A program made the translations under genes and the position numbers. Below the pieces are notes generated by a model, which was not told where the DNA came from, made no database searches, and saw only the letters and a list, made by a program, of their open reading frames with translations. Below, one piece after another: positions 38,474-48,502 of a stretch of DNA of 64,000 nt. Source of the stretch: Candidatus Poribacteria bacterium (lineage in GTDB: Bacteria; Poribacteria; WGA-4E; PCPOR2b); the NCBI GenBank assembly GCA_965116925.1, contig OZ220744.1, positions 4,352,001 to 4,416,000 of the forward strand. Direction: 5' to 3'. Positions within the stretch are counted from its first letter, which is position 1, and each line of letters begins with the position of its first letter.

Positions 38474-39328
38474 ATGTTCAAAAATCTGAGCCCGGGTGCT
38501 ATTGGCATTCAGGCGAATATTGAAGAAGGGCTGGCATTGGCAAAATCGACGGGCTTTGAGGGGCTAGACTTGAATATCAGTGAAGCGAATGCGCTAGCAA
38601 GTGAGCAGTCTGTTGATTATGTCAAAAATCTTTGGGTGGAGGCGGGCTTGAAGATGGGCGGTTGGGGATTGGCGGTCAACTATCGTGGGAGCGACCCGGA
38701 GTTCGACGAAAGCCTATCGCAGTTGCCCGACCTAGCGAAACTCGCCGCAGATCTCGGTTGCCATCGCACAACAACCGTTGTGTCACCGAGTTCAAATGAC
38801 CGCACCTTCCAAGAGAACTGGGATTTTCACATCAAGCGGCTGCGTCCGGTTGCGGAGATCCTAAAGGATTATGGACATTCGCTCGGTCTTGAGTTTATCG
38901 GTCCTGCAACGAGCCGTCAGTCAGCGAAACATCTGTTCACCTATACGATGGACGCTGTGCTCGGACTCGCCGCTGGAATTGGGACGGGCAACGTCGGACT
39001 GCTATTCGATATGTGGCACTGGTATACCTGCCGTTCCACGCTCGACGACGTCAGAAAACTCTCCAAAGCAGATGTGGTGTACGTTCACATCAACGATGCC
39101 CCTGCGGGAATTGACCCGGACGATCAGATTGACAGTGTGCGCTGCATCCCGGCTGAGACGGGTGTGATTCCGCTCGCCGAATTGATGCAGATTCTCAACG
39201 GTATTGGCTATGATGGTCCCGTGACGGTTGAGCCTTTTAGCGCGAAAATCAATGCGATGGAACCGCAGGAGGCTGCAAAAACCGCTGCGGAGTCGTTGGA
39301 TACCGTGTGGGCGCAAGCGGGTCTATAG
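38474..39328 (+). CDS. Sugar phosphate isomerase/epimerase (xylose isomerase-like TIM barrel)
   Basis: LGLEF, LLFDMWHW, VHINDA, GYDGPVTVEPF; GGAGG RBS before 38474. Confidence 0.88.
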   Translation: MFKNLSPGAIGIQANIEEGLALAKSTGFEGLDLNISEANALASEQSVDYVKNLWVEAGLKMGGWGLAVNYRGSDPEFDESLSQLPDLAKLAADLGCHRTTTVVSPSSNDRTFQENWDFHIKRLRPVAEILKDYGHSLGLEFIGPATSRQSAKHLFTYTMDAVLGLAAGIGTGNVGLLFDMWHWYTCRSTLDDVRKLSKADVVYVHINDAPAGIDPDDQIDSVRCIPAETGVIPLAELMQILNGIGYDGPVTVEPFSAKINAMEPQEAAKTAAESLDTVWAQAGL

Positions 39329-39349
39329 TAGAATACTGATTCAACAAAG

Positions 39350-39377
39350 GTAGGGAACGCAGATCTGCGCTCCCTAC
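39350..39377. repeat. Stand-alone GTAG-type REP palindrome
   Basis: GTAGGGAACGCAGATCTGCGCTCCCTAC, one mismatch to the copy at 34056-34083. Confidence 0.75.
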
Positions 39378-39416
39378 GTGCATACCTCGAAGTCAAAGGA
39401 AGGATAATTAATAACT

Positions 39417-40226
39417 GTGCAACTTGTTAACAAGGAAAATATACTCGAAATTACGAGAGAATGGGAAGGGGAGCGGTTCCCTGACGGGAGACCCCGCGTG
39501 TCGGACGACATCGTTGAACGGATGAAAAAGGTGACGATCGAAGAGGCGTGGGGTGTACTTCAAGGGCACGGCTACCGTTTTCAGTTTGATGGGGATTGGA
39601 TGAACCTACATCCGGATCTCGTCTTGGTCGGAAGGGCGGTGACGTGTATGTTTGTTCCGCTGCGTCCAGACTTCCAAAACGTCGTTGCAGAACAGGGAGA
39701 GAAGGATAAGCGCATCGGCGGACAAAACTCGTGGGTGATTGATACGCTCCTCGAAAATGACACTATCGTTGTCGATCTATTCGGCAAGGTGAAGAATGGC
39801 ACTTTTGCGGGGGACAACCTCGGCAATGCGATTTTTGCGCGTAGCAGAACCGGTATGGTCATCGACGGAGGCATCCGTGACCTTGACGGCATTTATGCAC
39901 TCCCGGATTTTTCCACTTTTGTCCGTGGGGTGGATCCTAGTGCCATCGCTGATGTAACCTTGGCAGGAATCAATATTCCGGCTCGCATCGGTGAAACGAC
40001 AGTCCTACCGGGGGATATTGTGCTCGGAAGGCGTGAAGGGGTCATTTTTATTCCACCACACCTAGCACAGGAGGTCGTTGAACGCTCTGAGGACATCCGT
40101 ATGCGTGACCGTTTTGGGCACCAACGTTTGCAAGAGGGGAAATATACGCCCGGTGAAATTGATGGGGCATGGTCGGACGAAATCAATGCAGACTTTGCAG
40201 AGTGGGTAAAGACTCAGGAACTTTAG
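39417..40226 (+). CDS. RraA/HMG-CHA aldolase family protein
   Basis: DGRPRV, GRAVT, GDNL, VIDGGIRD, VLPGDIV...EGVIFIP. Confidence 0.85.
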   Translation: MQLVNKENILEITREWEGERFPDGRPRVSDDIVERMKKVTIEEAWGVLQGHGYRFQFDGDWMNLHPDLVLVGRAVTCMFVPLRPDFQNVVAEQGEKDKRIGGQNSWVIDTLLENDTIVVDLFGKVKNGTFAGDNLGNAIFARSRTGMVIDGGIRDLDGIYALPDFSTFVRGVDPSAIADVTLAGINIPARIGETTVLPGDIVLGRREGVIFIPPHLAQEVVERSEDIRMRDRFGHQRLQEGKYTPGEIDGAWSDEINADFAEWVKTQEL

Positions 40227-40242
40227 AGGAAGGGCACAAAAG

Positions 40243-40968
40243 GTGGTGCACCGAGATTATACCTGCTTCACAGAACGATTGACAGCCCTAAAATCGTCCC
40301 ACACGCGGATAGAAACCGTCGGTGTTGTGGACAACTATCCTATTCATCGCGTTTTGTTGGAGAGTGGTCTAGGTGTGCACAAAAACATCCTGATCACTGG
40401 TGGCATTCACGGTGATGAGCCCGCCGGGCCAGCATCGGTTCTGCGTTTCTTGGAGCGGGATAATACCCATCTATTGCAACGTTTCAAATTCCTGATTCTA
40501 CCGTGTATCAACCCTTACGGTTATGTGCATAACACGAGGGAAAACAAGCGGGGCGTAGATCTGAATCGCTTATTTGAAGAAACCGGTGTCGCTGAGGTAG
40601 ACCTCGTTAAAGAAACGATTGGAGGACAACGTTTCGATTTTTGTATTGACTTCCACGAAGATTGGGAAGCGAAGGGGGTATACTTCTACGAAGCCCAACG
40701 CAATGAGCGATGGATTGGGCCTGAAATAGCTCGCCAAATTGAAAAGATTGGTCCGATTGACGGAGAAGCGGGTGAAAACGATCTGCCGATTGCTGACGGT
40801 GTTTTTCGGGTAGATCCCGCTTGGGGCGATGCAGGACTGGTCTCTTACCTTTTCCACTTTCACGCAGACCATGTCATGATTTGTGAGACACCAACAAGCT
40901 GGTCCCTTGACCAACGGACAGCGGCTCATTTGAAAGCATTGGACACTGCACTCAATATTCTGAGTTAA
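40243..40968 (+). CDS. M14 family metallocarboxypeptidase / desuccinylase-like
   Basis: GGIHGDEPAG, NPYGY...TREN..GVDLNR, DFHED, ETP. Confidence 0.85.
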   Translation: MVHRDYTCFTERLTALKSSHTRIETVGVVDNYPIHRVLLESGLGVHKNILITGGIHGDEPAGPASVLRFLERDNTHLLQRFKFLILPCINPYGYVHNTRENKRGVDLNRLFEETGVAEVDLVKETIGGQRFDFCIDFHEDWEAKGVYFYEAQRNERWIGPEIARQIEKIGPIDGEAGENDLPIADGVFRVDPAWGDAGLVSYLFHFHADHVMICETPTSWSLDQRTAAHLKALDTALNILS

Positions 40969-40987
40969 AGAATCAATAGGAGATTTA

Positions 40988-42247
40988 ATGACATCTACAG
41001 AAATTTCATCAAATGTGAACACAAATTCTCGTCCATCTCAACTGAAAATTACCGATATGCGGCTCACTCAGACAAGAACGGGCGGTCCGATTCTCAAGTT
41101 GGACACGAATCAGGGAATCTATGGACTCGGCGAAGTGCGTGACGGAGCGAGCAAAACATACGCACTGTTGCTCAAAAGCCGGATATTGGGGGAGAACCCC
41201 TGCAACGTCGATAAGATCTTTCGCCAGATTAAGCAGTTTGGGCACCATGCGCGTCAGGGCGGCGGTGTATGTGGAATCGAGATGGCACTGATGGATCTCG
41301 CCGGTAAAGCCTATGGCGTTCCCTGCTATCAACTTGCGGGTGGAAAATTCCGCGACAAGATTCGCTGCTACGCGGACACGCCATCGCTTAAAGATCCGGA
41401 GGAGATGGGAAACAAACTCAAGGAACGGATGGATCGCGGGTTTACCTTCTTGAAGATGGACGTTGGTATTGGACTCGTTAGAGATATTCCGGGTACTCTC
41501 TGTGCACCGTCAGGACATCTTGATACAGGCAACTTGATGCATCCGTTCACCGGCATCCGTCTGACGGACAAAGGGATCGCGCTTTTATGTGAGTATGTCG
41601 AAACTGTGCGAGAAATTATCGGCTACGAGATTCCGCTTGCGACCGATCACTTTGGTCATATTGGAATCGAGGACTGTATCCGTCTCGGTAGGGCTTTGGA
41701 GAGGTACAACCTTGCGTGGTTAGAGGATATGGTGCCGTGGCAATTTACGGATCAGTACGTCCGACTTTCAAATGCATGTGCAACACCAATCTGCACGGGT
41801 GAGGATATCTATTGCAAGGAAGATTTTAAGCCCCTATTTGAGGCGAAAGCCATCTCTATATGTCATCCGGATATCGCGACATCGGGCGGGATTCTGGAGA
41901 CCAAGAAGATTGGCGATCTCGCTCAAGAGCACGGCGTCGCTATGGCGTTACACATGGCGGGGACACCGGTATGTGCGATGGCGAGCATTCATTGCGCCGC
42001 AGCGACAGAGAATTTCCTTGTTTTAGAAAACCATTCCGTCGATGATCCGGAGTGGAATGATTTGGTGACTGGGCTTCCTAATCCAATTATCCAAGACGGA
42101 TTTATGGAGGTGCCGGATACACCGGGACTCGGTATTGAGCTCAATCCGGACGCCATAAAGCGGAATCTCCATCCGGACGAGTCAGAGTACTTTGGATCGA
42201 CAACAGAGTGGGATAAAGAGCGGTCGCACGATAGGCTTTGGAGTTGA
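40988..42247 (+). CDS. Mandelate racemase family enzyme (sugar-acid dehydratase/cycloisomerase-like)
   Basis: GLGEVRDG, EMALMDLAGK, KMD, DHFGH, WLED, TGED, PGLGIELN. Confidence 0.9.
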   Translation: MTSTEISSNVNTNSRPSQLKITDMRLTQTRTGGPILKLDTNQGIYGLGEVRDGASKTYALLLKSRILGENPCNVDKIFRQIKQFGHHARQGGGVCGIEMALMDLAGKAYGVPCYQLAGGKFRDKIRCYADTPSLKDPEEMGNKLKERMDRGFTFLKMDVGIGLVRDIPGTLCAPSGHLDTGNLMHPFTGIRLTDKGIALLCEYVETVREIIGYEIPLATDHFGHIGIEDCIRLGRALERYNLAWLEDMVPWQFTDQYVRLSNACATPICTGEDIYCKEDFKPLFEAKAISICHPDIATSGGILETKKIGDLAQEHGVAMALHMAGTPVCAMASIHCAAATENFLVLENHSVDDPEWNDLVTGLPNPIIQDGFMEVPDTPGLGIELNPDAIKRNLHPDESEYFGSTTEWDKERSHDRLWS

Positions 42248-42292
42248 TGCGTGAAACGTAAAACGTGAAGATAGGGAAAAGGACTCTCAGCT

Positions 42293-42697
42293 ATGCCGGT
42301 TTTTGAGACTGCGGGGGAACTCTACACCTGTATCGGTGGATTGTTTGAGCGGCTGAAATCTCAGGCACAAGTGCAGCGAGAATTGGTATTGCTGAAATTA
42401 ACGGTAAGATTTACCTACACAGAACCGGAGGCTTCCATTACGCTTGTTGCACATAAGGGTGAGGGTGTGATTCACTATGGTGAGTGCGATGAAAAACCGG
42501 ACGTTGAACTTGCCATGACTGGAGATATTGCCCACCATTTCTGGATGGGAGAAGTTAATGTTATGGGTGCAATCACCAAGCGGCAGATTGTGCCCACAGG
42601 CTCACTCTCGAAAATTATGGCACTCACTCCTCTGATTAAGGCGGGCATCCAGATCTATCCACAGCATTATCAGGAATATTTGGAAAAAGACAAATGA
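42293..42697 (+). CDS. SCP2 sterol/lipid-binding domain protein
   Basis: PDVEL.MTGD.AH.FW.GEVN...AI....I...G pattern. Confidence 0.75.
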   Translation: MPVFETAGELYTCIGGLFERLKSQAQVQRELVLLKLTVRFTYTEPEASITLVAHKGEGVIHYGECDEKPDVELAMTGDIAHHFWMGEVNVMGAITKRQIVPTGSLSKIMALTPLIKAGIQIYPQHYQEYLEKDK

Positions 42698-42720
42698 TAT
42701 GCCACGATGAGAGTCTAGGA

Positions 42721-44397
42721 TTACCGGCGTCGCCACCAGACTGCCACGCCGGTTAGAAAGATGACTAATGGAATCAGGAAGATTGCCATCATCTGCACGA
42801 AGGCGACTTCGCTCGGTGTCATCATGCGTAGGCTTCGCTCGCTTGGGTCAACCGGGCGGATGGCTATCAGATCCTCCTCCAGCGTCAACCAGTTGACTGC
42901 ATTGAGAAAGAAATCACCGCCACCGGTGCCGTGAAAGAAGAAATTGTTTGCAAAATCGGAATCTCCGACCACAACGATTCGCGTTCTACTTTCTTCCTGT
43001 GTATCTGTGGATGGATCCTCACCTGTGGTTGGTTCGCGCCCTTCACGCTGGATAGCAACAGCGAGAGACACCGGCGGCGGTGTATCCTCACCTTCAGTAT
43101 ACGAAAGATCTGGTTCAAAAGTGCCATCAGTCCTCCGTTTTGTCTCTCCCCAACTGCCGCCGATCTCATCGGTGGTCTTTACGAGCGATTTAACATTGAG
43201 GTTGCTTCCTGCATTCGTCTTCGGAGTAACAGACCGGGCGAGCTGAAATGTCACTGGTCGATACACCTCCTGTGTGATTTGATGGAACTCAAAGTCACTA
43301 AGCGTTGGTGCTTCCGGCTGACTGCCACCGACTAGAAAGAAAGCAGGGCGGATGCGGTCCAAAACGAGATCGTTGCCAATTGTAACTCCCCAGCTGTCCA
43401 TCAATTTAACCAACCCTTGATTTGGGTCTTTCGTCGAGTTCACCGAGGAATCAAGCATCAGGAACAGCTTGCCGTTTTTATCCAAGTATTTGGAAATCGC
43501 ATTGACTTCGTGTGTCATCAGTGGTGCTTTGGGACCGGGAATGATGAGTGCTGCACAATCGGTGGGGACTTCTGGCTGGGTTGCCAGAGAGAGTGTCTCG
43601 ACCCTATAATTCTGCTTTTCTAATTCCTCTTTGGTCTGGCTGTAGCCTTTCTGTTCAAAATCGTCAATCGCTTGTTCTTCATGCCCCGTCAAGAAATAGA
43701 TTTTAAGCGATTCATCACGAACCACTTTAAGAATCGCGCTGGTAAACTTCTGCTCATCGACAGTTGTGATCTGTTCCCGGATGCCCCCGCTCTCGAACAC
43801 GGTTGTCCCATCAAACTGAATGTCATATTCTTGGCTCTTCATCGCCCCTGAATAGGGATCCACGAACTCGACCGTGAGTTTGTCGGTTTCGCGTTGATAC
43901 ATGTCCAATAAAGCCTGTGCGCGTTGATGATCGCGCGCCAATTGATCACTAGTGGGATTAAGGCTGAAGAAGGCAATCACCTGAACCTCTCGATCTAGTC
44001 CGTGCAGAATGTTTTTCGTCTGATCCGACAGGGTGTATATCTTATCGCTAGTCCAATCTGCGGAGGTATCGAACCTTTGCACGACGATAACATTGGCAAT
44101 GACAGCAATCCCGGTCACTAGCAAAATGGTAACACCAACATTTGCGCCGTAGCGAACTTGACGACTCACAAAGAAGCGGGATACCGCTTGGCGTCTCAGA
44201 ACCACAAAAGCGATCAGGGCCGCGATTCCAAGCACAAGGAAAATCCATACAACGAGGCGTTGACGCAGAAAGACACTCGACAATGTTGCAAACAGAAGAA
44301 TAAGTGTGAGAAAACCGAGCAGCGGTGCCCACTTATCGCCTGTTTGTGATTTTGTATCTTCCGGGCGTGGCGTTTCGTGCATCGGCATTACCTCCAT
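42721..44397 (-). CDS. GldG-family ABC transporter auxiliary component
   Basis: DWTSDKIYTLS.QT, FVDP, YFLTGHEE, VVGDSDF, NAVNWL; N- and C-terminal TM helices. Confidence 0.88.
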   Translation of the reverse strand: MEVMPMHETPRPEDTKSQTGDKWAPLLGFLTLILLFATLSSVFLRQRLVVWIFLVLGIAALIAFVVLRRQAVSRFFVSRQVRYGANVGVTILLVTGIAVIANVIVVQRFDTSADWTSDKIYTLSDQTKNILHGLDREVQVIAFFSLNPTSDQLARDHQRAQALLDMYQRETDKLTVEFVDPYSGAMKSQEYDIQFDGTTVFESGGIREQITTVDEQKFTSAILKVVRDESLKIYFLTGHEEQAIDDFEQKGYSQTKEELEKQNYRVETLSLATQPEVPTDCAALIIPGPKAPLMTHEVNAISKYLDKNGKLFLMLDSSVNSTKDPNQGLVKLMDSWGVTIGNDLVLDRIRPAFFLVGGSQPEAPTLSDFEFHQITQEVYRPVTFQLARSVTPKTNAGSNLNVKSLVKTTDEIGGSWGETKRRTDGTFEPDLSYTEGEDTPPPVSLAVAIQREGREPTTGEDPSTDTQEESRTRIVVVGDSDFANNFFFHGTGGGDFFLNAVNWLTLEEDLIAIRPVDPSERSLRMMTPSEVAFVQMMAIFLIPLVIFLTGVAVWWRRR

Positions 44398-45113
44398 TTT
44401 GATGATTCAAATGATTTAACCGTAAAGAAAAGACAGACGATGGTGAAACTCAGATAGTAAACGGTATGCTTGAAGGATACAGTACCCCGTGAAAAATCGC
44501 TGAAGTGTTCGGTGAGAGACAGATAGCCCAAGAAATCCCCAATCTTTCCACCACGATTCGATAAGAAACCGATAATCCAAAGAGAAAGCAGCAAACCGAA
44601 ACTAGTCAAAGCAGAAACGATCTGGTTTTTGGTCATTGAAGATATCATCACACCGAGCGCGAGAAAGGTCGAACCGAGCAGTAATAACCCCAAATATCCA
44701 CTAATAACTGGTCCGATGTCTAAGCTACCAAACCGAGCCGTTATCAACGGAAAAATCAGGGTTAACAGCAGCATCACGAACAACATGATCCAACTCGCCA
44801 CGAATTTCCCAAGGACGACTTCGGTATCTTTGAGCGGAGAGGTCATTAACAGTTCAATTGTACCTGTTTTCTTTTCTTCTGCGAAAAGTTTCATTGTCAA
44901 AGCTGGGGTGAAAAAGAGGAGGGTGACACTGATGTTGTTAAACAGGGTCTGGATCACGTCGGTCGTTGAGTACTGATAAGCGGCGAAACTCCCCAGAATT
45001 ACATAGAATAGGAACCCGGAAACCGCTGTAAAAATAAAGAATACGAAGTAAGCGATGGGTGAAACAAAATAGGTATACAGTTCTTTGGTGACGATTACAG
45101 CGATGTTTTTCAT
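44388..45113 (-). CDS. GldF-like ABC-2 transporter permease
   Basis: KELYTYFVSPIAY, TMKLFAEEKK.GTIELL.TSP, VLGKF. Confidence 0.9.
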   Translation of the reverse strand: MKNIAVIVTKELYTYFVSPIAYFVFFIFTAVSGFLFYVILGSFAAYQYSTTDVIQTLFNNISVTLLFFTPALTMKLFAEEKKTGTIELLMTSPLKDTEVVLGKFVASWIMLFVMLLLTLIFPLITARFGSLDIGPVISGYLGLLLLGSTFLALGVMISSMTKNQIVSALTSFGLLLSLWIIGFLSNRGGKIGDFLGYLSLTEHFSDFSRGTVSFKHTVYYLSFTIVCLFFTVKSFESSKWR

Positions 45114-45121
45114 TTTTTCCC

Positions 45122-45907
45122 TCAGATAATATCACAAGGACTCTGCCAGCAAACTTTGCCTACAAAGAATGGGCCGAGTGATTCGAGATATTGAGCGGTC
45201 TGTTGTGATTTTCTCATCTCACCCACAAGGTGCGACAAGGGATGAAGCGTCGTACCCATCAATCCGATTACGAAATCGTTATCGTGTGCATCCAACCCAA
45301 AACACGCTAGTCGAATGTCATGCGCGTATCCTGCCTCCACGTATGTTCTGCCAATCATCGCATGTTCCATCAGGATCTTTCCCTGCTCCTGTTGAGGCAG
45401 TCGATAGAATTCCGGTTTCCGACGGAGCGGATACCAGATTGCCCACGAGAGCTCAGGGTTAAGTGTATTGCGGCGCGGTTTAACGAGCAGCCAATCTTCC
45501 AAGTCCGGCTCCCGTCCAGAGGCATAGGTCCTACCGACCATGGTGAACTCAGGTTTTGGGTAAAGAGCATCGAATGGCTCACTTGTGAGAATTCGTCTCG
45601 TCTCAACCACAAGGGCATCCGCATCTTCTGTCATAAAAAGCACGCCGACGCCTTTCGGATCATTCAGATCGTGATAGAGAACAACTTCTAAGTCACTCGC
45701 TTTTAGCGGTTCGATCAGCTCATGCGGCTGAGAGCAGCCTGTGAACACCTGAAGCTGTAAAAATAGGCGGCGTGTACTGTATTGGAGTTCACCGTTGATA
45801 GGTGCACCGATTTCACGAATTTCCGGGGCATCGATCGGTTGAGCAGGCCTTTGAGGTCGCTCTGAATCTTGGCGATGTTGGGGAGTAGCAGCATTTTGAG
45901 AACGCAT
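45122..45907 (-). CDS. Chlorite dismutase family heme protein, probably coproheme decarboxylase (ChdC/HemQ)
   Basis: WYPLRR..EFYRL, MEHAMIG (proximal His), GLDAHDNDFV, GPFFVG. Confidence 0.8.
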   Translation of the reverse strand: MRSQNAATPQHRQDSERPQRPAQPIDAPEIREIGAPINGELQYSTRRLFLQLQVFTGCSQPHELIEPLKASDLEVVLYHDLNDPKGVGVLFMTEDADALVVETRRILTSEPFDALYPKPEFTMVGRTYASGREPDLEDWLLVKPRRNTLNPELSWAIWYPLRRKPEFYRLPQQEQGKILMEHAMIGRTYVEAGYAHDIRLACFGLDAHDNDFVIGLMGTTLHPLSHLVGEMRKSQQTAQYLESLGPFFVGKVCWQSPCDII

Positions 45908-46006
45908 GGATTTATTTTCCTCGTTGTTACTTTTAATTTTTCCGACAGATTCGATTCACAGTATACTACACGGTCTTCCCCAATTTCAATATGAATTGCG
46001 TTATCC

Positions 46007-46423
46007 TCAAAGATGGTAGAGCATCCAATAGACGATGATTCCAGTTACGGAGACATATAGCCATATCGGAAGCGTCCAACGGGCGATACGCCGATGTTTG
46101 GTGAATCGTTTCCGCAAAGCGAAATAGAGCGTTATTAAAGCGAGCGGGAGGATCGAAGCAGCGAGGATAATATGAGGGATAAGAACGGCAAAGTAGACGT
46201 AACGAATCCACCCGCTCCCTTCAAAGGGGGTTGATCCAGCGTGGTAGTGATAGATGAGGTAGGAGGTCAGGAAGAGTCCCGACACTACAAACGCCGCAAT
46301 CATACAGTTTCTGTGGGCAACAATTTTTCGCCGCCGGATCATCAAGAAGCCGATAGTCAGTAGAATGGTGCTGATTGTATTCAGGCTGGCATTCACTGTG
46401 GGCAGATCGGAGAGAGTAATCAT
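46007..46423 (-). CDS. DUF420 membrane protein
   Basis: LPTVNASLN, HRNCM, FLTSYL.YH, HIILA, HRRIAR.T.PIWLYVS.TG. Confidence 0.88.
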   Translation of the reverse strand: MITLSDLPTVNASLNTISTILLTIGFLMIRRRKIVAHRNCMIAAFVVSGLFLTSYLIYHYHAGSTPFEGSGWIRYVYFAVLIPHIILAASILPLALITLYFALRKRFTKHRRIARWTLPIWLYVSVTGIIVYWMLYHL

Positions 46424-46854
46424 TGTTCACTCACCATTTCAAGTCGTTCGATTGCAGTCTTTGCCCCTTCTCGCGCCAAAGTTGCAGCATCCTCTCGTGC
46501 GACCTGTTTCAGTTTCGGCAGCGCACGCTTATCTCCAAGCTGTCCCAGCGCAACGGTTGCAAAATAGCGGACATCGTCATCCGCATCGTCGAGGGCTTCG
46601 ATCAGAGGCGTTAGGTCATCACTCGTTGCGAGATGGCGTTCAAAATCACCGATATTGATCAATGCCTGTGCTGCCTCTCGCCGTGCCTCCTTATCGCCGT
46701 GCCGCAGGGTGGAAATCAGTGAATCCATCTCGCCGGTGACAGTGGACAGATTATCCCAATCACAGTCGAGGCAAAACCAGCCATCTTTACCAACTACTTG
46801 CACGTTCTTGCTATGACAGCTTGGGCATTCTGTAAGCGTTAGCTGAGAATTCAT
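46420..46854 (-). CDS. HEAT/PBS-lyase repeat protein with N-terminal zinc ribbon
   Basis: CPSC...CLDC followed by RREAAQAL and VRYFATVALGQLGD repeats. Confidence 0.75.
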   Translation of the reverse strand: MNSQLTLTECPSCHSKNVQVVGKDGWFCLDCDWDNLSTVTGEMDSLISTLRHGDKEARREAAQALINIGDFERHLATSDDLTPLIEALDDADDDVRYFATVALGQLGDKRALPKLKQVAREDAATLAREGAKTAIERLEMVSEQ

Positions 46855-47225
46855 TGTATCTTTGATTCCTCTAACTCCGGCAAATCACGCCAGATTTCAG
46901 GACCTTCCGGCTTAAAGTTTATTGTTGCAATGAACTGCATCCCCTGATAGAAGTTGATTTTGAACTTCCCACCGCCGAAATTATCCTTTATGTAGCCCAT
47001 CGGATCATCAACTAGCGGTCCCATTTCGTCGGCGTGATAGAAGGCAAGCAGCTTGAATCTCACCGTGTTGCCCACCGGTTCCTGCACCAAAAGACGTGCG
47101 GTCGTTGTGGGAAACAAGACCTTAAAGACGTCCCATAGCTGGTCGATTGTTGGCTTTGGAACGCCGAGGCGTTTCTTGAAATCGTTTTCGAGATATTCGG
47201 AGAAAAGATTTAGTACCCATTCCAT
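46851..47225 (-). CDS. Hypothetical protein
   Basis: 124-aa ORF overlapping the next gene by 4 bp (ATGA coupling). Confidence 0.7.
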   Translation of the reverse strand: MEWVLNLFSEYLENDFKKRLGVPKPTIDQLWDVFKVLFPTTTARLLVQEPVGNTVRFKLLAFYHADEMGPLVDDPMGYIKDNFGGGKFKINFYQGMQFIATINFKPEGPEIWRDLPELEESKIQ

Positions 47226-47326
47226 AGTGTAATTGCCTTAGTGTGAAACGTGATGCGTGAAACGTGAAAATTATTTGTTCATTGGTTTAATCGTATTACA
47301 AATAATTACAAACAATGACACTGTTT

Positions 47327-48295
47327 CTAGCCATGTAGGATGCGATTAAAAAAATGCTGAAGGAAGGTTTCAGCGTTTACCCCCACGCAGACACGGGCAT
47401 TCGGTTTTGGGCGTGGTCTTTCTGGGCGTAGATCAGCGACGGTCATGCCCTGCGTCAGATCGCTTGAGGTCTCTACCTGCACGAAAGCCTCCACAGTCTC
47501 AAAAAGATCGGGATGGGTAAGTAAACCGATGGGAAGTGCGTCGTGAATATAAGTTCCATAAAATCCTTCGTGCGATTGATGATAGTCCATCGTGGCGCGT
47601 GTAGTATCTCGGAGAAACTGCGATAATCTATCGTCCCGTTTACCGATTTCAGCGTCTAAGCGTTTTCCTGTCAGAATCACTTGGTGCGTTACGTCAAGCG
47701 GCACTACGGTGAGTTGCACACCAAAGTCGAGAACAAGTTGCGCTGCGTGTGGGTCGGCGAAGATGTTAAATTCGGCCGTCGTTGTGACGTTTCCGTAAGT
47801 TTCAAAGGCACCTCCCATTAACACAATCTCCCGAATCCTTCGCATCCGCGCGGGATGTTTGATTATTGCTTTGGCGATATTTGTCAGCGGGCCAACCGGC
47901 ACGAGAACCAGTTCATCGGGATACTGTCCCGCGAGGTCTATAATGAGGTCAACGGCGGGCAGCGCTGCCAACTGCGGTTGGGGGTCTGGGTAGAGGCGTG
48001 AACCATCAGGCTTCAACAACCGTGTCACATCTCCAAGTCCATCCGAGCCGTGGACATGTGCTGCTGTCACAAGCGGTTTAATCAGCGGCTGCGACTCGCC
48101 CTTGGCGCAGATTGGATATTCACTCAATCCTATCGCCTCTAGCGTCATCAGCAAATTGCGTGTGCAGAGATCGACATGGACATTGCCGCTAACGGAGGTG
48201 ATTGCTTCCACCTTCAACTCCGGCGAGTTGAGCGCGAGGATGATTGCTAAGGCATCGTCCACGCCGGTATCGGTATCTAACAGAATGCGCTGCAT
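47327..48295 (-). CDS. Inosine/uridine-preferring nucleoside hydrolase
   Basis: DTDTGVDDA, HGSDGLG, GPLTN, MGG, AEFN..ADP, IHDAL. Confidence 0.93.
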   Translation of the reverse strand: MQRILLDTDTGVDDALAIILALNSPELKVEAITSVSGNVHVDLCTRNLLMTLEAIGLSEYPICAKGESQPLIKPLVTAAHVHGSDGLGDVTRLLKPDGSRLYPDPQPQLAALPAVDLIIDLAGQYPDELVLVPVGPLTNIAKAIIKHPARMRRIREIVLMGGAFETYGNVTTTAEFNIFADPHAAQLVLDFGVQLTVVPLDVTHQVILTGKRLDAEIGKRDDRLSQFLRDTTRATMDYHQSHEGFYGTYIHDALPIGLLTHPDLFETVEAFVQVETSSDLTQGMTVADLRPERPRPKPNARVCVGVNAETFLQHFFNRILHG

Positions 48296-48502
48296 TGGTT
48301 TGATCTCTTGTGGGATATTAATTACCTTTCAATTATCAGGTATCGGAAAATTTTGATGATTCGGAAGATTCTATCATAGATTGGTCGGATTGGCAAGTTC
48401 GGATTTTGATGTTGCATAATTTCTATGCCTGATATATCATAGATTGCGCCATGATCCGCGGGGGGTCTGGCAGCCATTTTCAATAGGCCATGGGGAGGGT
48501 GT

